In this document: positions 38,042-51,350 of the stretch, in pieces
Layout: every line of letters starts with the position of its first letter
How positions within the stretch are numbered: the stretch's first letter is position 1
Origin: Paecilomyces variotii
Lineage: Eukaryota
Strand: one strand, 5' to 3'
Length of the DNA stretch: 64,000 nt
NCBI GenBank assembly: GCA_004022145.1
Contig: RCNU01000002.1
Translations under genes and position numbers: made by a program
The notes under the pieces: generated by a model
Database searches by the model: none
The model's input: only the letters and a program-made list of their open reading frames with translations
What the model was told of the DNA's origin: nothing

Positions 38042-39631
38042 GATGTCGTAGCGAAAGGCGCGAGGGGGCTACAGATGGGAGTCTGGGACAGACAGAAGAG
38101 AAAGGAGACGAGGACGTGAGAGGATTTAGAGACTGACAACCATGCCTCCCACAGCAACGAGAGACAGGGCCCAAAAGAGGCCGGGTTGGAGGCGTTTGCA
38201 GGAAACAAGACGGAAGGTTGGCGGCGGCGGAGGAGAAAAGTTGGAACGGGATGATTGACGTCTGATCTCAACCGGCCGCTCCGGGCATCCGAGCAAAGAT
38301 GGCAGAGGACGAGGTTATCAAGACAATAGTAGAATAATAATAATCCAAAAAGGCCGTCCATTCTCTTCTGACTCTATCTACTATGATATGGACTTCTTAG
38401 GACGACCCTCGAGGAATGCACCGTCATTTCTCGTCACGCATTCTTCCTCCTCTCCTATTTCCCTTCACGCCTTTCCGCTTCCGTTCTAACTGACTACGTA
38501 GTTATCCAGAAGGACCAGAACAACCCGGGCTGAGCCAGCGCTCAGTGCGCCACATTGAAAGCTCTCCGTTGTCAGAAGAATCCTAATTCCTCGACGGGAT
38601 CCTGCCCGGAGATCCAGAGATCGTGTGGGGGAGATCCGTGGGTTCATCTCTGCCTGACCCGCGCGGCTGGTCGGATCTAACCTCCTGCAGGACTAAGATC
38701 TTACAGTCCCGACACGCGTGAGGAACGATAATATACCATGGCCGTCCATTATTCTGTGCGAATCGGTCACATTCCCTTCTTCGACGTCACGCCCAGCTTG
38801 GCCTTCAGGGAACATCTAGGAGAACCGAACCCGGAATGTTCCAAGACCTGCTGGTTCAACCTCACCGGATGACACTGCCCCAAAAGTGTCGAAGAATGAT
38901 AGCCACGGAGTGCAAGGGGGTGCGGGAGTTGATTATTTGGCTCAATCTCCCGCTTTCTCTAAATCAATAAGTTAAACGACTCTTGATGTTGTGGCGCAGG
39001 GTGCTTTACACGGCCGTACATTTCTACTCCGTAGGCTACTTTTTAACTTCTGTAGGTTCACTCTACGGGCTGGGAATGATACCCCTGACCAACCAGGAAG
39101 TGGCTGTGTGATGCTGGTCGAATAACTAGGGGAGACATGCTCTAACTAAGTCTTTAACCTTAACTATATATCGTAGCCGAATCGGTATTCTGGGCCTTGT
39201 CCTTCTGAAGTATATGCGACGAATACGAGTTTCGATAATCTAACCAGACAAGTATGCAGAAATAGTGATAGCCGTGTCAATACTAGGGCATCTTTTACTT
39301 TTCACTCACATCGTCTCGACTTATCCTGTAATTATTCTTAGCTAGTCATTACTTCTATATTGCCAATGTCTGCCGTCGCTCCCTTCTCAAGCTAGTCTTC
39401 GCCTCAGGACGCCGCTGGACCAGAGTACTGGAAGAATTTCGCAAGACTTTTCCAATGGCTAAGTACGCGTTGGCTTCCACTCTTCTCTATATTACTTGCA
39501 GACCTGTGTTCAATGATTGTCACAAAACCGATGCTAATAGGGTTGTGCCCTTTCTCGTTTATCAGATAAGACTATGTTGCTTTTTTCCAATCCTCAGCCT
39601 TCAAAGCGTCTATGATCCGTCATATCTGCAT

Positions 39632-40795
39632 CTATCTCTTCTCAACGACTGGCTTGCCAGTCAATTTTTGCTCAGAAACCAAAACGCCCCGATAGCGCAT
39701 TCGGCCTTCTTCGAGAGTCTTGAACGCGGCCTCAATGCCCCCTTTATTCAAGGGAAACTTCACGATGATGGGGCGCATTCCATGCAGCACGACAAATCTA
39801 AGCATCTTGCGGATTGCGAGTCGAGATGCGACAGCGGAGCCTTGGATCTTGATCCCATTGGCAACTAGCGTGAGGATAGGGACACTGGCAGGCTCGAAGC
39901 TGATGGTTAAGGGGTAGACTGATCCATCATTGGCGACAATACTGAGAATTCTGGGCATCTAATGGTCAGTATACGGTGATTTTTGCACTCTGTATGTATA
40001 AAGGAGATCCACTGACTTTGAATAATCAGGCCAAGAACTACCGCACCAGAACAAATGGTTGACCTTTTTGATCGGGTACTCTGGGATGTCTCCTTTCGTT
40101 ACGTGGAACTCCTTCGCGCCCAGCTGCATGGCCTCATCTTTCTTCGCGGGATTACTTGACAATGCCACAACGTCACATCCGAGAGCTGATGCGAACTGAA
40201 TGGCCATATGTCCCAGACCACCAATTCCTGAAATAGCAACGCGATCACCAGGCTTCAGGTCGTACGTTGTTAGAGCGCCCCAGACAGTTGCACCCCCGCA
40301 CATCAACGGAGCAGCATATTCAGGTTCCAGCCCGTCCGGTAGTTTGATTAACATGCTCTCATGCCAAACGGCATGACTGGCGAAAGAACCGATTTCAAAG
40401 CTATGTGTACCGTATTGCTCGCGCTCATCGCAGTATTGGTCCTTGTCTGTCGCTTCATCGTCAATATCTATCTCCCCGGGGCCCACGAGTACGAATTATA
40501 GCATACCACTGACACAGTAGTCGCAGTGCCCGCAGACCTTCTGAATCCACCCAAAGCCCACTCTGTCCCCGGGCTGCAGTGAAGTTACCGAGCCCCCAAT
40601 CTGACGGACAATACCGGCGCCTTCATGACCTAATGCTATATCTTTGTTCTTGAAGTGTCGGTCTGTTCCGCAAAGACCGGCATGAGTGATCTCGACGAAA
40701 GCGTCGAATGGACCTAGAGTACATCGCGAGGTTTGAGGGATGATCTCACCCGACTCCGAGCCATGGAAGACGTTGAATTCGACGCTCTTAGACAT
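39632..40795 (-). CDS. NADP-dependent Zn alcohol dehydrogenase (cinnamyl-ADH / Adh6-like), 2 introns
   Basis: GLCGTD, GHEGAG, CGHCDYC, AAPLMCGGATVW, GIGGLGH, MRYRGVL. Confidence 0.9.
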
Positions 40796-41521
40796 TTTTG
40801 GCAATATGCAAAATTTGACACGAGTACCTTCAAGTTCTCAAAATTGATGAATCGCGGGACCGGAGCGACGACACTGTATATACGTGGACTTGGGACACCT
40901 TTAAGGTTTTACAGACCCTATTGAATGAGATCATCTTCACGCACCAAAGGTCAGACAGGAATTCTTATCACAGGTGGACCTGGAATGGCCAGCGCGCATC
41001 GTCTATGGTAGATATGGGGCGTTCGGCAATTGTTAATGATGTCGGTACCAGCAATGGAACCACGGGAGTCGTGGTGACGTGGACCGTGGGCCCAGCGTAC
41101 TGGTATACCATACTTTCAGAAGTAGCGGGACAACCGTTCCACTAGATGCCGCGAGGAAATGTTCTCCGATAATGACCGGTGGTGTGATCTTGCCATCTGG
41201 CTGTAAGCGATAGCAACTATTTGGCTGAGGAGCCGCTTCCGAAAGACAAGTTGCTCTGGGAGAGCGCGACATTGACTGGAGAAATTGCTAAAGCAAGAAT
41301 AGTATGATCTATCACGGTGAGATATATTTATCTACCATATGAAGAACCTAGATTATTTAGTTTTCTGGAACCATTTCCGAGACAAGAAAAACGAGTCTAA
41401 GATTAAAACTAGGTATACACCGTCTGCTAGCGTATGGGATAGAAGGACCTACCTATCTCCATCTTCTATCCGATGCGTTGTCGATTTCTAATCATCTCAA
41501 GATCAATTGGCGCATGCCCCA

Positions 41522-42543
41522 CTACTGGTCAAAGATCGTGCTTCTGGCGACCTCTTCTTATCTCTTCCGTTTCATCCAAGTTCTTGCTGAATTCTCCGAC
41601 TTCGGCCCTTGCACGCAGCAGGCAATCTGGCCCTAAGTAGCGGCAGACGCAGAAGATGCTCCTTGTCAGCACCTATGCCAGTCCCATTATTCACAACCTC
41701 GATAACGCGAGCAGCGGCCTTGACAGAGTCTCCGGGCTGCTTTCCATTAGAACCATTGGGATATTTCAGCATACCTTCAACGACAGTGCATTCGTAATCT
41801 TTTGTCAGACCAGCTGCCAGGGTAACAAAGGCACCTAGGATGTTTTTTGTTCTGAACCCGCCAGGCTCCACGAGTAGGACATGAATGTTGCATGGAGCGA
41901 CTTCCGCCTGGAGCGCTTTCGAGAAACCTATAAACATCCTACATATGAGTATATTCATCCCCTAAGAATGTCAAAATGTAGATGGAGATTTTTTGTAAAA
42001 CTGCCTCCCAGGGCAAACTTGCTCGACGCGTACAACGCTGACAAAGGTCGACCGGTGAGGCCAGCGATACTACTAACGTTGATGATAGTACCAGACTTCT
42101 GCGAATGCAGGTATGGAAGAGCGGCTTTAATGACGCGCATAGGTCCGTACACGTTCGTGTTAAACTGGTGATGTATTTCCTCTTCACTATAGAAAGCAGT
42201 CAGACGGTGTCTTTCTCAATATCTGCCAAGAGCCGCGTACCTCATGTCCTCAACACTTTTCAGGATCGAGTAACCAGCATTGCTAACTACCACATCGATG
42301 CGCCCTTTGATAGCTGCCTCCCCGTTTTGCTTCGTTTTTGGAGAGTCCAAATCGAGCTGCAACCATTGTCCTCCTAGAGCTTCGATTTGGGGGGTGATCA
42401 TGAGCTGCCCTGGCTGGATTTCGGGCGGTTGCAATGACTTTGTAATGACTTTGTAACCCCGTTTGAGAGCCTTCTCCGCTAATGCTTCAAGTACTAAAGC
42501 CGGAAGAAGCACCAGTGATCAGCCAGACTTGCTGCGGTGCCAT
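41522..42543 (-). pseudogene. Classical SDR oxidoreductase pseudogene
   Basis: MAPQQVWLITGASSGFST* (early stop), GRIDVVVSNAGY, NVYGPMR, IINVSSIAG, YASSKFAL, LLVEPGGFRT, QPGDSVKAA; several frameshifts. Confidence 0.85.
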
Positions 42544-43707
42544 GGTTGGCAACTGTTGGTTGCCCTTCCTTGTCCTGGTTCGTATTTATGACGGATAGTT
42601 TCCTGCCAGCGAGAAAGTGACTGATAAAGGCTCGGAATGCAAATCCAGAAGACTGATATATTACGTTGCTCCTCCTTCTGCGACCGCTAGTTTCGGAGAG
42701 ATAGACTTGATAGCTCTCGATACATAAGTGCCATATCTCCACTCGCCCCCACATGTTGGCCACAAGGCGGTAGCGGGGTTTCTTCCGCAGATCTTGGATC
42801 AGATTCCACCACGGTCCTTACCAGTTTATGGCTTCGCTGTGAGGATAAAAAAAAAAACAAACAAACAAACATTCGGGGATGACGTTTCTTTCTTTCTTTC
42901 CTTTTTTGTCAGGTACTAGTCTTTAACAGAGATAAAACCTAGCCGGGAACTGCTCTGGAGCTCTAACTTGACTCTGCCTTGACGACTGTATGATGGCAAG
43001 GATAAGAGGAATAATATGGACTACTTGGTGAAGGTATAATTGGTACCACGGAAAGACGGTAATGAGATGATGACATGACGAGAGGTGGCACCATTGTATC
43101 GTTCTGGTCATACTTGCCCACTAACTTGGCTCTTCTACTTTGGAGCTGCCGAGCAAACACCTGATAATTTATCTCTATGAAAGCCCAAGTTTTATTCATT
43201 AGTTAAGCCAGACATAATTCATTCTAGCACCTCTGTTACGGCACTCGCTTTGGACTCTAAACCGTCGGTCTCAAACTCTATACCGATCGTCAAAATATCA
43301 ATAACTGCTAGACTCTGTCACTCCTCACGTGAAGGCAGACATGCAAGGAACTTGGGTAGCCGGGCCGAGAACAAGGCTATGAGAACTAGGGAGCATTTCA
43401 ATTACAGAGTAGAAGGCTCACCGCACTCTATCTATACAACAAGCGAAGAAATCCGAGCAGTGTATTACTATGAATTAAGGAAAGAAGTAAAACAATACGA
43501 CTGTATATATACGTTACATTAAGTCATTAATTTTGTAGAGTATAGCTCTCCACAGAGTAGCTATCTGCAAAACATAAATAAGCGCCTTGGCTGGAGCCTA
43601 GGAAAAGCATTATATACGTGACTGTTTGTGAGTCTTGAATGCGCCCATTATCGATGTCGTGCAGTAATTTAGAAAATCATTGCTCATGAAATGAAATAAC
43701 GCTTCCC

Positions 43708-46700
43708 TTACAGACGTCCTAGCAACTCCTCGACGACCGGAAGCAACTGTAATATTATGTTAGCATGGTTTTCTTCGAGGGAATTCAAAGACCGGGAATG
43801 CTTACGTCAGACACGTCGTCAATGATCATGGTGGTCTCATTGACGAACTTGGGCGTCAGTAGCGTGTTGGCGTTCTTCAGGAGAGGACCAAGTCCCTTGA
43901 GGATGTCGGGAGTGACCGTGCTCGAGAGGCTTTCGACGAGTGGAGTGGCGTCGCTCAGCAACTTGGTAATTTCCTGGGTAGTCTGGTTGGTCAGGAGGCC
44001 GTTGGCATTCGTCAACAGACTATTGATCTCTTTCGTGGTCTCGGGGGTCAGCAGGTCGTTGGCATTCGTAACAAGACCATTAATCTCCTTAACAGAATTA
44101 GGCGTCAGCAAGTCGTTGGCGTTATTCACCAAGCTAACGATCTTGTCTGTGCCATTAAGCAGTTGAGTCAGCTCCTTAGTGACTTGAGGAGTCAATAAGC
44201 CGTTGGCACTGCTCAATAAGCTGGTAATCTCTTTTGTAGTCTCGGGCGTCAGCAGATCGTTGGCATTCGTGACAAGACCATTGATCTCCTTAACAGAGTT
44301 AGGCGTTAGAAGGTCATTGGCATTGGTTAGGAGACTGTCGATTTCCTTGACAGAGTTAGGCGTGAGCAGGTCGTTGGCGTTGTTCACTAGGCTGACGATC
44401 TTGTCTGTACCGTTGAGCAAGCTAGTCAGATCCTTGGTTACCTGAGGAGTCAACAAGCCATTGGCGCTATCCAACAAGCTGGTAATTTCCTTAGTGGTCT
44501 GAGGAGTCAACAGATCATTGGCATTGTCCAATAAGCTGACAATCTTGCCGGTGCCATTGAGTAACTGAGTCAGCTCCTTGGTAACCTCAGGAGTCAACAA
44601 GCCATTGGCGCTATCCAACAAGCTGGTAATCTCCTTAGTAGTCTGAGGAGTCAACAGATCATTGGCATTGTCCACTAAGCTGACGATCTTGCCAGTGCCG
44701 TTAAGTAACTGAGTCAGCTCCTTGGTGACTCCAGGAGTCAATAGACCATTGGCGCTGCCCAATAGGCTAGTAATCTCCTTCGTGGTCTGAGGAGTCAACA
44801 GGTTGTTAGCGTTGTCCACCAAGCTGACAATCTTGCCAGTGCCATTGAGCAATTGCGTTAGTTCCTTAGTGACTTCAGGAGTCAACAAGCCATTGGCACT
44901 GGTCAATAAGCTAGTGATCTCCTTAGTGGTCTGAGGAGTCAATAGGTCGTTAGCGTTGCCCAGAAGTCCAGTGATCTCCTTGGTGGTTTGTGGCGTGAGA
45001 AGACCGTTGGCATTGCTAATAAGAGCCTCGATCTCCTTTGTGTTCTGCGGCGTGAGCAGACCGCTGGCAGCATTGACAAGACCGATGACTTGGGGCAGAT
45101 CCGAGAGCAAAGTGCTAAGCGATTTGATATTCTTCGCAGTAAGCAGAGTGTTGGCGTTGTTAAGCAAGGTAACAATCTGCTGGGCGTTGTTCTTGGTAAG
45201 CAGGAAGTTTGCGTTATCAAGTAGATCCTCGATCTCCTTGGTGTTCTGCGCGGTAAGAAGACCATTTGCATTGTTGATAAGGGTGACGATCTTGGGCACA
45301 TCTCCCAGCAAGTTACTAAGAGCATTGGTGTTTCTCGTAGTGAGAAGACCATTGGCATTGTTGATAAGATTCTCGATATCCTTAGTATTCTGCGGCGTAA
45401 GTAGACCATTGGCGTTTTGGAGCAGCTCCTCGATCTCCTTGGTGTTCTGGGCGGATAACAGGCCGTTGGCGTTGTCGATGAGCGTAACAATCTTGGGCAC
45501 GTCCTGTAATAGAATCTCGAGTTCTTTGGTATTCTGAGCAGTGAGGAGGCCGTTGGCATTGTTAACAAGGTCGACAATCTTAGGCGTGCTCTGGAGCAGA
45601 GCGCTGAGCTCGTTGGTGTTTTGCTTGGTGAGCAGGGCATTGGCGTTGTTAAGCAGGTTCTCGATCTCCTGGGTGTTCTGTGCGGTGAGCAGACCGTTGG
45701 CATTGTTAATAAGGGTAACGATCTTGGGCACGTCCTGCAGCAGAGTCTCGAGTTCCTTGGTATTCGAGTCGGACAGAAGGCCATTGGCGTTGTTGACAAG
45801 GTCAATGATCTTAGGAGTGCTTTGAAGCAAGGTTCTGAGCTCATCGGTGTTCTGCTTGTCAAGCAGCGTGTTGGCGTTGTTGATGAGCGTGACGATCTGC
45901 GGAACGTCTTGCAGGAGCTTGACGATCTGTGCAGTGTTCTGATCGCTGAGGAGCTGGTTGGCGTTCTTGACCAGATCAAGGATATTGGGCACGTCTTGCA
46001 GGAGCTTGACGATCTCCGCGGTGTTCTGGTCACTAAGGAGCTGGTTGGCGTTGTCAATAAGGGTGTTGACCTTGTTGGCAAAATCCTTGGTGAGCAGCCC
46101 ACCAGCAACGTCGATAATACCGTTGAGGACAGGGATGTGCGCATCAGTCAGCACCTGCACAACGCGGGTGAAGAAGTGGACAAAGTCCTCCAAGAAATTA
46201 GGGGTGAGCACGGCTTCAATGCTACCTAGGTAGCCCTTGAGGGCACTACCAAGGCTGTTAGCGATGGCATTGCCGATCGCGTTTCCAAGATTGTTGCCAT
46301 TGCTGCCGCTCAGAAGGCTGGCCAGGTCGATGCCGCCGGTACTCGACGAACCCGAGGACGAAGCAGTCGAAGTGGGTGAGCCGGTTTCCGCGGGAGACGA
46401 AGCAGCAGAGGCCGCACTGGAGGTGATATCAGGAAGGATGTCGGAGAGGAGCCCGCCCTTGGAGTTGGAGTCCGCGCTCGCGCTGGCGGCGGAAGACGCA
46501 GAAGTGGCCGGGCTGGCGGCGGGCGAACTGTTGGCGGAAGCTTGGCTGGCAGCGGCAGCGGCAGCGGGAACCGGACTAGCAGCGGGCGACGCAGCAGCAG
46601 CAGGACTGGCGGAGGTTTCTGGTGCTCCTGCTGCGGAGGAGGCAGGCGACTGGCCAGCGCTGATAATGGAACTGAGTGGATTGTTGTCGTTATTGTCGTT

Positions 46701-46898
46701 ATTGATGTTATTGTTATTGTTGCTGGTGTCGGCCGCAGCAGCGGGCGAGGCAGCCGGCGCCTGCTGCTCGGCGGAAGACGCCCGGACAGCGGGCGCTGAA
46801 CCAGCCACCGCAGCAGAGCTGGGCGTGCCGGCCGGACTAGCCAGGACGCCCGCGCCGTGCAACAGCAGGACGGGGAGGAGAGTGGTGGAGGCACGCAT
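43708..46898 (-). CDS. Large secreted protein (~1040 aa): Ala/Ser-rich N-terminal region plus ~35 amphipathic 19/29-aa repeats; function unknown (intron ~43748-43805)
   Basis: 1037-aa ORF with signal peptide MRASTTLLPVLLLHGAGVLA and strong codon bias; GTAAGC...CTAAC...TACAG intron then final exon LLPVVEELLGRL* (stop 43708-43710). Confidence 0.85.
43810..46210 (-). repeat. Coding tandem repeat array with 57-bp and 87-bp units; 144-bp higher-order unit around 44400-44940
   Basis: Units such as LLTPQTTKEITSLLDSANG (19 aa) and LLTPEVTKELTQLLNGTGKIVSLVDNAND (29 aa); near-identical DNA such as GGAGTCAACAAGCCATTGGCGCTATCCAACAAGCTGGTAAT recurs. Confidence 0.95.
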
Positions 46899-48959
46899 CT
46901 TTGCCTAACTCGCGCGCGCGCTCGATCGGGTCCTTCTGCGTCTCGTCTACTCAACTACTTACCTCGACGAGCTGACGACAAGAAGGCTGCGCGTTCTGGG
47001 ACGAGCTTTTATGTCTCTTATGCGCCAGTGCTATCTACCCCGGATCGTCCCTTTCTCCGCACCTTTTCCTCCAGATACTGCGCAGGAGAGCTCAATCCGA
47101 CTACTAACTCGACCGAGGACTAACCGGGTCCACATGTGAGCAGCGCAAGATTTCATTTTGGCGTGATGTCAGTGGCCGCGGACAATGTCCCCAAAGTGTT
47201 TAAGCTGAGCACGCTTAGGCCTGGGACTATTGACGGTGGTGGACGCGATGGCCGCGATGCCTGCGGTGCAGCGGTAGTCGAATCGTCGACTGGCCCGGTT
47301 CCTGTCCTGCGAGTTCAACTGAGCCGCGCCGGTCAGGCACTGCGAGCCGTGCGGGTCAGGAACTGCGCACCATAACACGAAGCCCGCCTATTATTATCGA
47401 TCAGGTATTGTTAGTCTGCTGGAGTTTGACGGCCGTGCGGGGGGGAAGCATTAACTAGCAGCTTTTCCCTGATCGGCTGTTCTAACTCGGAAACACAATG
47501 AGCATAAGTATTGGGACAGCACATGAAAAGCTGTAGCTAAACCTCGGACATTATAAGGTCAATGCGTCCCTAGAGTGCGGGGTCCGTCCCTCGAGCATTT
47601 GTCCTCTTCTTTGCGAACTTGACCGTCAAACATCGCCTTTCACTGCAGCAGTGGTACGTGCACATGGGGCATATTGGTTCTCGGGTAGCTACTCACAATG
47701 CCGTTCTTCTTTCTTTCTTTCTTTTTCGCCTTCTTTTTGCATCTAGTGTACAGACATCGGATCTCACTAACTGCCCTAGTATGTGCACATGGGATGACAC
47801 CACGACCGCTATGAATTGATCTGAAATACCGATCAAAGATTGGTACTTCTCCACTGGCCACTTATCCCGTCTCGAATATCCGGGAATAGCAACCGTGGAG
47901 CTTATTTGCTGTCCTCGTGGCTGTCTATGACTGATGGCCCGAAACTTGCCAATTCATTGGTATATGCATATACGTCGAACTAGCTAGCCAGCCGGAGTAG
48001 TAGACGTGCGAGATGAGAATTGAGATAGCGTAATAGCTTTATCCGTTATTAACAGCATGGGCTGCAATATTGTGTCACTTATAACTAAGACAGGCGATTG
48101 TTCTATAGACTGTTACCTTGATTCGTACTCGTACAACAGACAACTACCGTGTACAGCCGTTTCGTGCCGCATTCAGAATTTTATTTTTCTTGGTTAATTT
48201 ATTTCAAGTCTATAGGCCCAGAATTATAAAACGCTTTCATTATACTCAGTAAACATCAAAGTATCTTCATTTTATTCATACCCGCCTAATGGTTTAATGG
48301 CTTAAGAGATCTGTTGCCAATTTCCGCAAAACAACCGACTGCCACCTCCCCAGTTTTCCCTCTAGTATAATCGCTATATGGCATCAAAGGAAGCGAATAT
48401 TCCGCGGTGTTGAGCTCGCACATTGGACGAAGAGCATGCACCCATGGCATCAAACAGAATCCCAAAAAATCACAGTAATGGTACTCGCAGGCATGCGTGA
48501 CCATGAAAAGCGGGACCTGCTGCGAGATCAGCGCGATCTGCGAGCTCTAGAGCAGCGAAGCGGGGGAGGACGGGGGAAGACCGAGGGAACCCGCCAGGAG
48601 TTGACTATCGTAGCCGCAGCTTGACTTCGTCCGTTTTCTCTATGCATATGGCTGGCTCGCCGATATTTGATCTCGTTCGCTGAATCGATTGTGCCAGAGT
48701 TCCCTAGCTTCGCTATACTCCCCTTAGATAGGCAGCTATGCGATACATCCTTGAACGCGGGTAGGCGACGGCGATTTCCCGCGCCTTCGAGTATTCTTGG
48801 GATCCCATCGAAGCTTTATGTGAGAAAAGTAGGATGGACAGATTCAAGAAACCTCTTTTTCAGGTTTCCAGAATGCGTCGGCCAGTGCAAAGCTTGTTCT
48901 CGAACAATCTGATACACCTTGCTCCAGGAGCTCGTTATCCCAAAGGGGTCACCCTCATC

Positions 48960-50470
48960 TACTGCTCGGATTGATCCTTTTTCAGCAGATCCAGGAGGTA
49001 CTTTGCGAAACTACCGTGTCTTCTATCGGATTACGACTGACATATCTAGTAGGCGATCCTAACTGGTATACACATGGTCGCTGGCTCAACCAAGATGCAC
49101 GATGCACTACACCGGAAATCTCAAATCATGAACTTTCATTTCCCTCAACTATGCGAGACGGTCATCGGTCTTTTGCCTGACACGACTAAGATTATCAACT
49201 GCAGGGGGGTTCAATAGAGTGTTTATTGTCACTTTAGACTCTGGGCGACGTGTAGTTGCCAGAATTCCGACAAAGATTGCTGGCCCACCACGGTTGGCAA
49301 CCGATCCGAGGATACAACAATGGAATACTGTATGAGAATCGATGATCGTGATAGAAAATTTGCTGATTATGTCTACAGTGCGCCCGAAGATATCAATCCC
49401 GATCCCAAAGATTTTGTCATGGAATCATAACCCCTCAAACAGAGTAGGATGGGAGTACATCTTAAAAAAACATGTTGAGGGTATTTCATTGCACGAGAAA
49501 TGGCCCTTTATGGACATGCGTTTTATGTACGAAAGCTGTTTCGTTGTAAGTCAAGGAGATGGTATCCTCAAACTTCCCGGCTTATGGCAGTCTGTAATTT
49601 CCGGATGTGCTCTTTGACGAATCTAAAAAGGCAGCCCTCGATGATAGGTTCTATATAGATCCGCACTGCAGTTCACTTATTTAGAATTGCAGCCCCGGTG
49701 AATCAGAGCTATATCATGGACCAAGTCCTAATTGTGGCCCGTGTAAGCAGACGGGAATTCGTACACACTCTGTCACTAACAAACACCTAGGGAAAGAAAT
49801 TTCTTATTGCTCAGGCTTGATAGAAACTGGCCGCGCACGCATCCATAAGCGAAGAGAGAGCGAGGTGGGTTTACTGCCTTATCGGGGATCAATTAAGGAT
49901 CATACTCGCTTATTAGACATCTGTCAAGATGCCTTGCGAGTCTTGACTAATGATCCTCGTATCCAAGAAGCTGCTCTATCGACGCCACTCTATACGGACT
50001 TGCACAAGCGAAATATATACGCCTCTGTAAGTGACACTGCAGTCATCGTCGGGATTATCGATTGGCAATCTACAAGCACCGAGGCCTCGTTTGTGTATTC
50101 CAATGAAATATCTGACGTCGCTTCTCTCCACAGCGAAGACTGCCCCAAGGACGATGCATCGGCCTCTCCACAGTATGAACGGAGGGTTAAAGATGCTTCC
50201 ATTTGTTATCAGACCTATGACGTTGCCATGAAAGGTTTCGTAACAAAGCTGCGTCTTGCGAGGAATTCGGACCCGACTTTATTCTGCCCGTTCCTCCAAG
50301 TTACCTACTGCTATACATCGTGGAGAGACAGTGCGACTGCTCTCTGCCAGGAGCTGATAGACCTTTCAGCGCGATGGGCAGAGCTTGGAATACAGATCCC
50401 AGCCCTTATTTCCCCAGTCAAGCGGAATTGATGGAACATTCCCGCCTATATAATGATTATCATTTTGAGG
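48960..50470 (+). pseudogene. APH/choline-kinase-like phosphotransferase (Aim9-like) pseudogene
   Basis: YTHGRWL, GGFNRVFIVTLDSGRRVVARIP..IAGPPRL, IPIPKILSW..NRVGWEYI, PAYGSL, TDLHKRNIY, GIIDWQ; frameshifts and stops. Confidence 0.8.
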
Positions 50471-50887
50471 TTAGCGACTTACCTCACAGTTGCTGCTTGA
50501 GTCGCTCTACTCATGACATCACGGGTCTTGGCAGTCCCCATGCCCTAAGCCAGGAACGGAAATGTGCATGAATTTGGGGAAAAAAGAACATGTGTAAGTG
50601 CCCAAACTTCTTCTTAAGAACCCGCAGATGGTGAATGTCTTAAGGCTTGTATGGTATCCTGGCCAGTAGGCCTATATATCCCTTGTCTCTAGTTCTCCAC
50701 ATGTAATTCCAGATCTCGGGTTGACCGCCGCGCGGCCGGAATGGCGGGCGATTTTCGTGGTAATTGAGAAAGGGGTAGACATAAGAATCATTTTTAAGGG
50801 ATCAAATAACCAATGATTGCAGTTGGATAACTTCGAGACTGCCTAGTAACAGGTTACCCGAGGCCATCCTCCTATAGACTGCTCAAC

Positions 50888-51350
50888 ATGAAGTTCACAC
50901 TTGTTTCAGTTGTCGCTTTGGCGGCCCACACCGTTTTCAGCCCTGACGATCGACTCATCGTCAGAACAACCACGGGAAGATACACTGGCTTGATCGATCT
51001 CAAGTACTCCAAGACACGCCAATTTCGCTTTATTGCCTTTGCGGAACCACCAGTCCTCTCACGTCGCTGGTTGCCACCTCAGAAGCTCTCCCCGTCCACC
51101 GAGCACCATGATTCGTAACACTTCCCGCCATTATGTCCACAATTCGTATCGAAGATTCTGTTATTGAAGAACAAGTACTTTGCAGGATGCACCCTCGTCA
51201 ACAATGGCAACAAAAATGACACATCTGGGCTTATGGGAGCGGACACGTCGGAAGACTGTACCTGGCTGTGTGGACGCCCGCGAACGCGCCGTTTCAGTCG
51301 AAATAACCCGTTCTCTTCTTCATGCCTGGAGGATGCTTCACCGCTGCGTA
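50888..51350 (+). pseudogene. Type-B carboxylesterase 5' fragment (pseudogene)
   Basis: Signal peptide, LIVRTTTGRYTG, FRFIAFAEPPV..RRWLPPQ, in-frame stop, then PLCPQF, TSEDC, FFMPGG; sequence ends before the catalytic Ser motif. Confidence 0.8.

Noticed and set aside
43810-46210. Regularly spaced DNA repeats resembling a CRISPR array or satellite
   Set aside because: Unit lengths are multiples of 3, lie in one open frame and vary mainly at silent sites; there are no unique spacers and the genome is eukaryotic.
43708-46898. Kex2-processed repeat peptide precursor (Rep1/Ece1/KEP type)
   Set aside because: No KR/RR dibasic sites separate the repeats.
44939-46954. Long alternative-frame and antisense ORFs (401, 223, 214, 202, 193 aa)
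   Set aside because: Shadows of the codon-biased repeat gene; no independent protein features.
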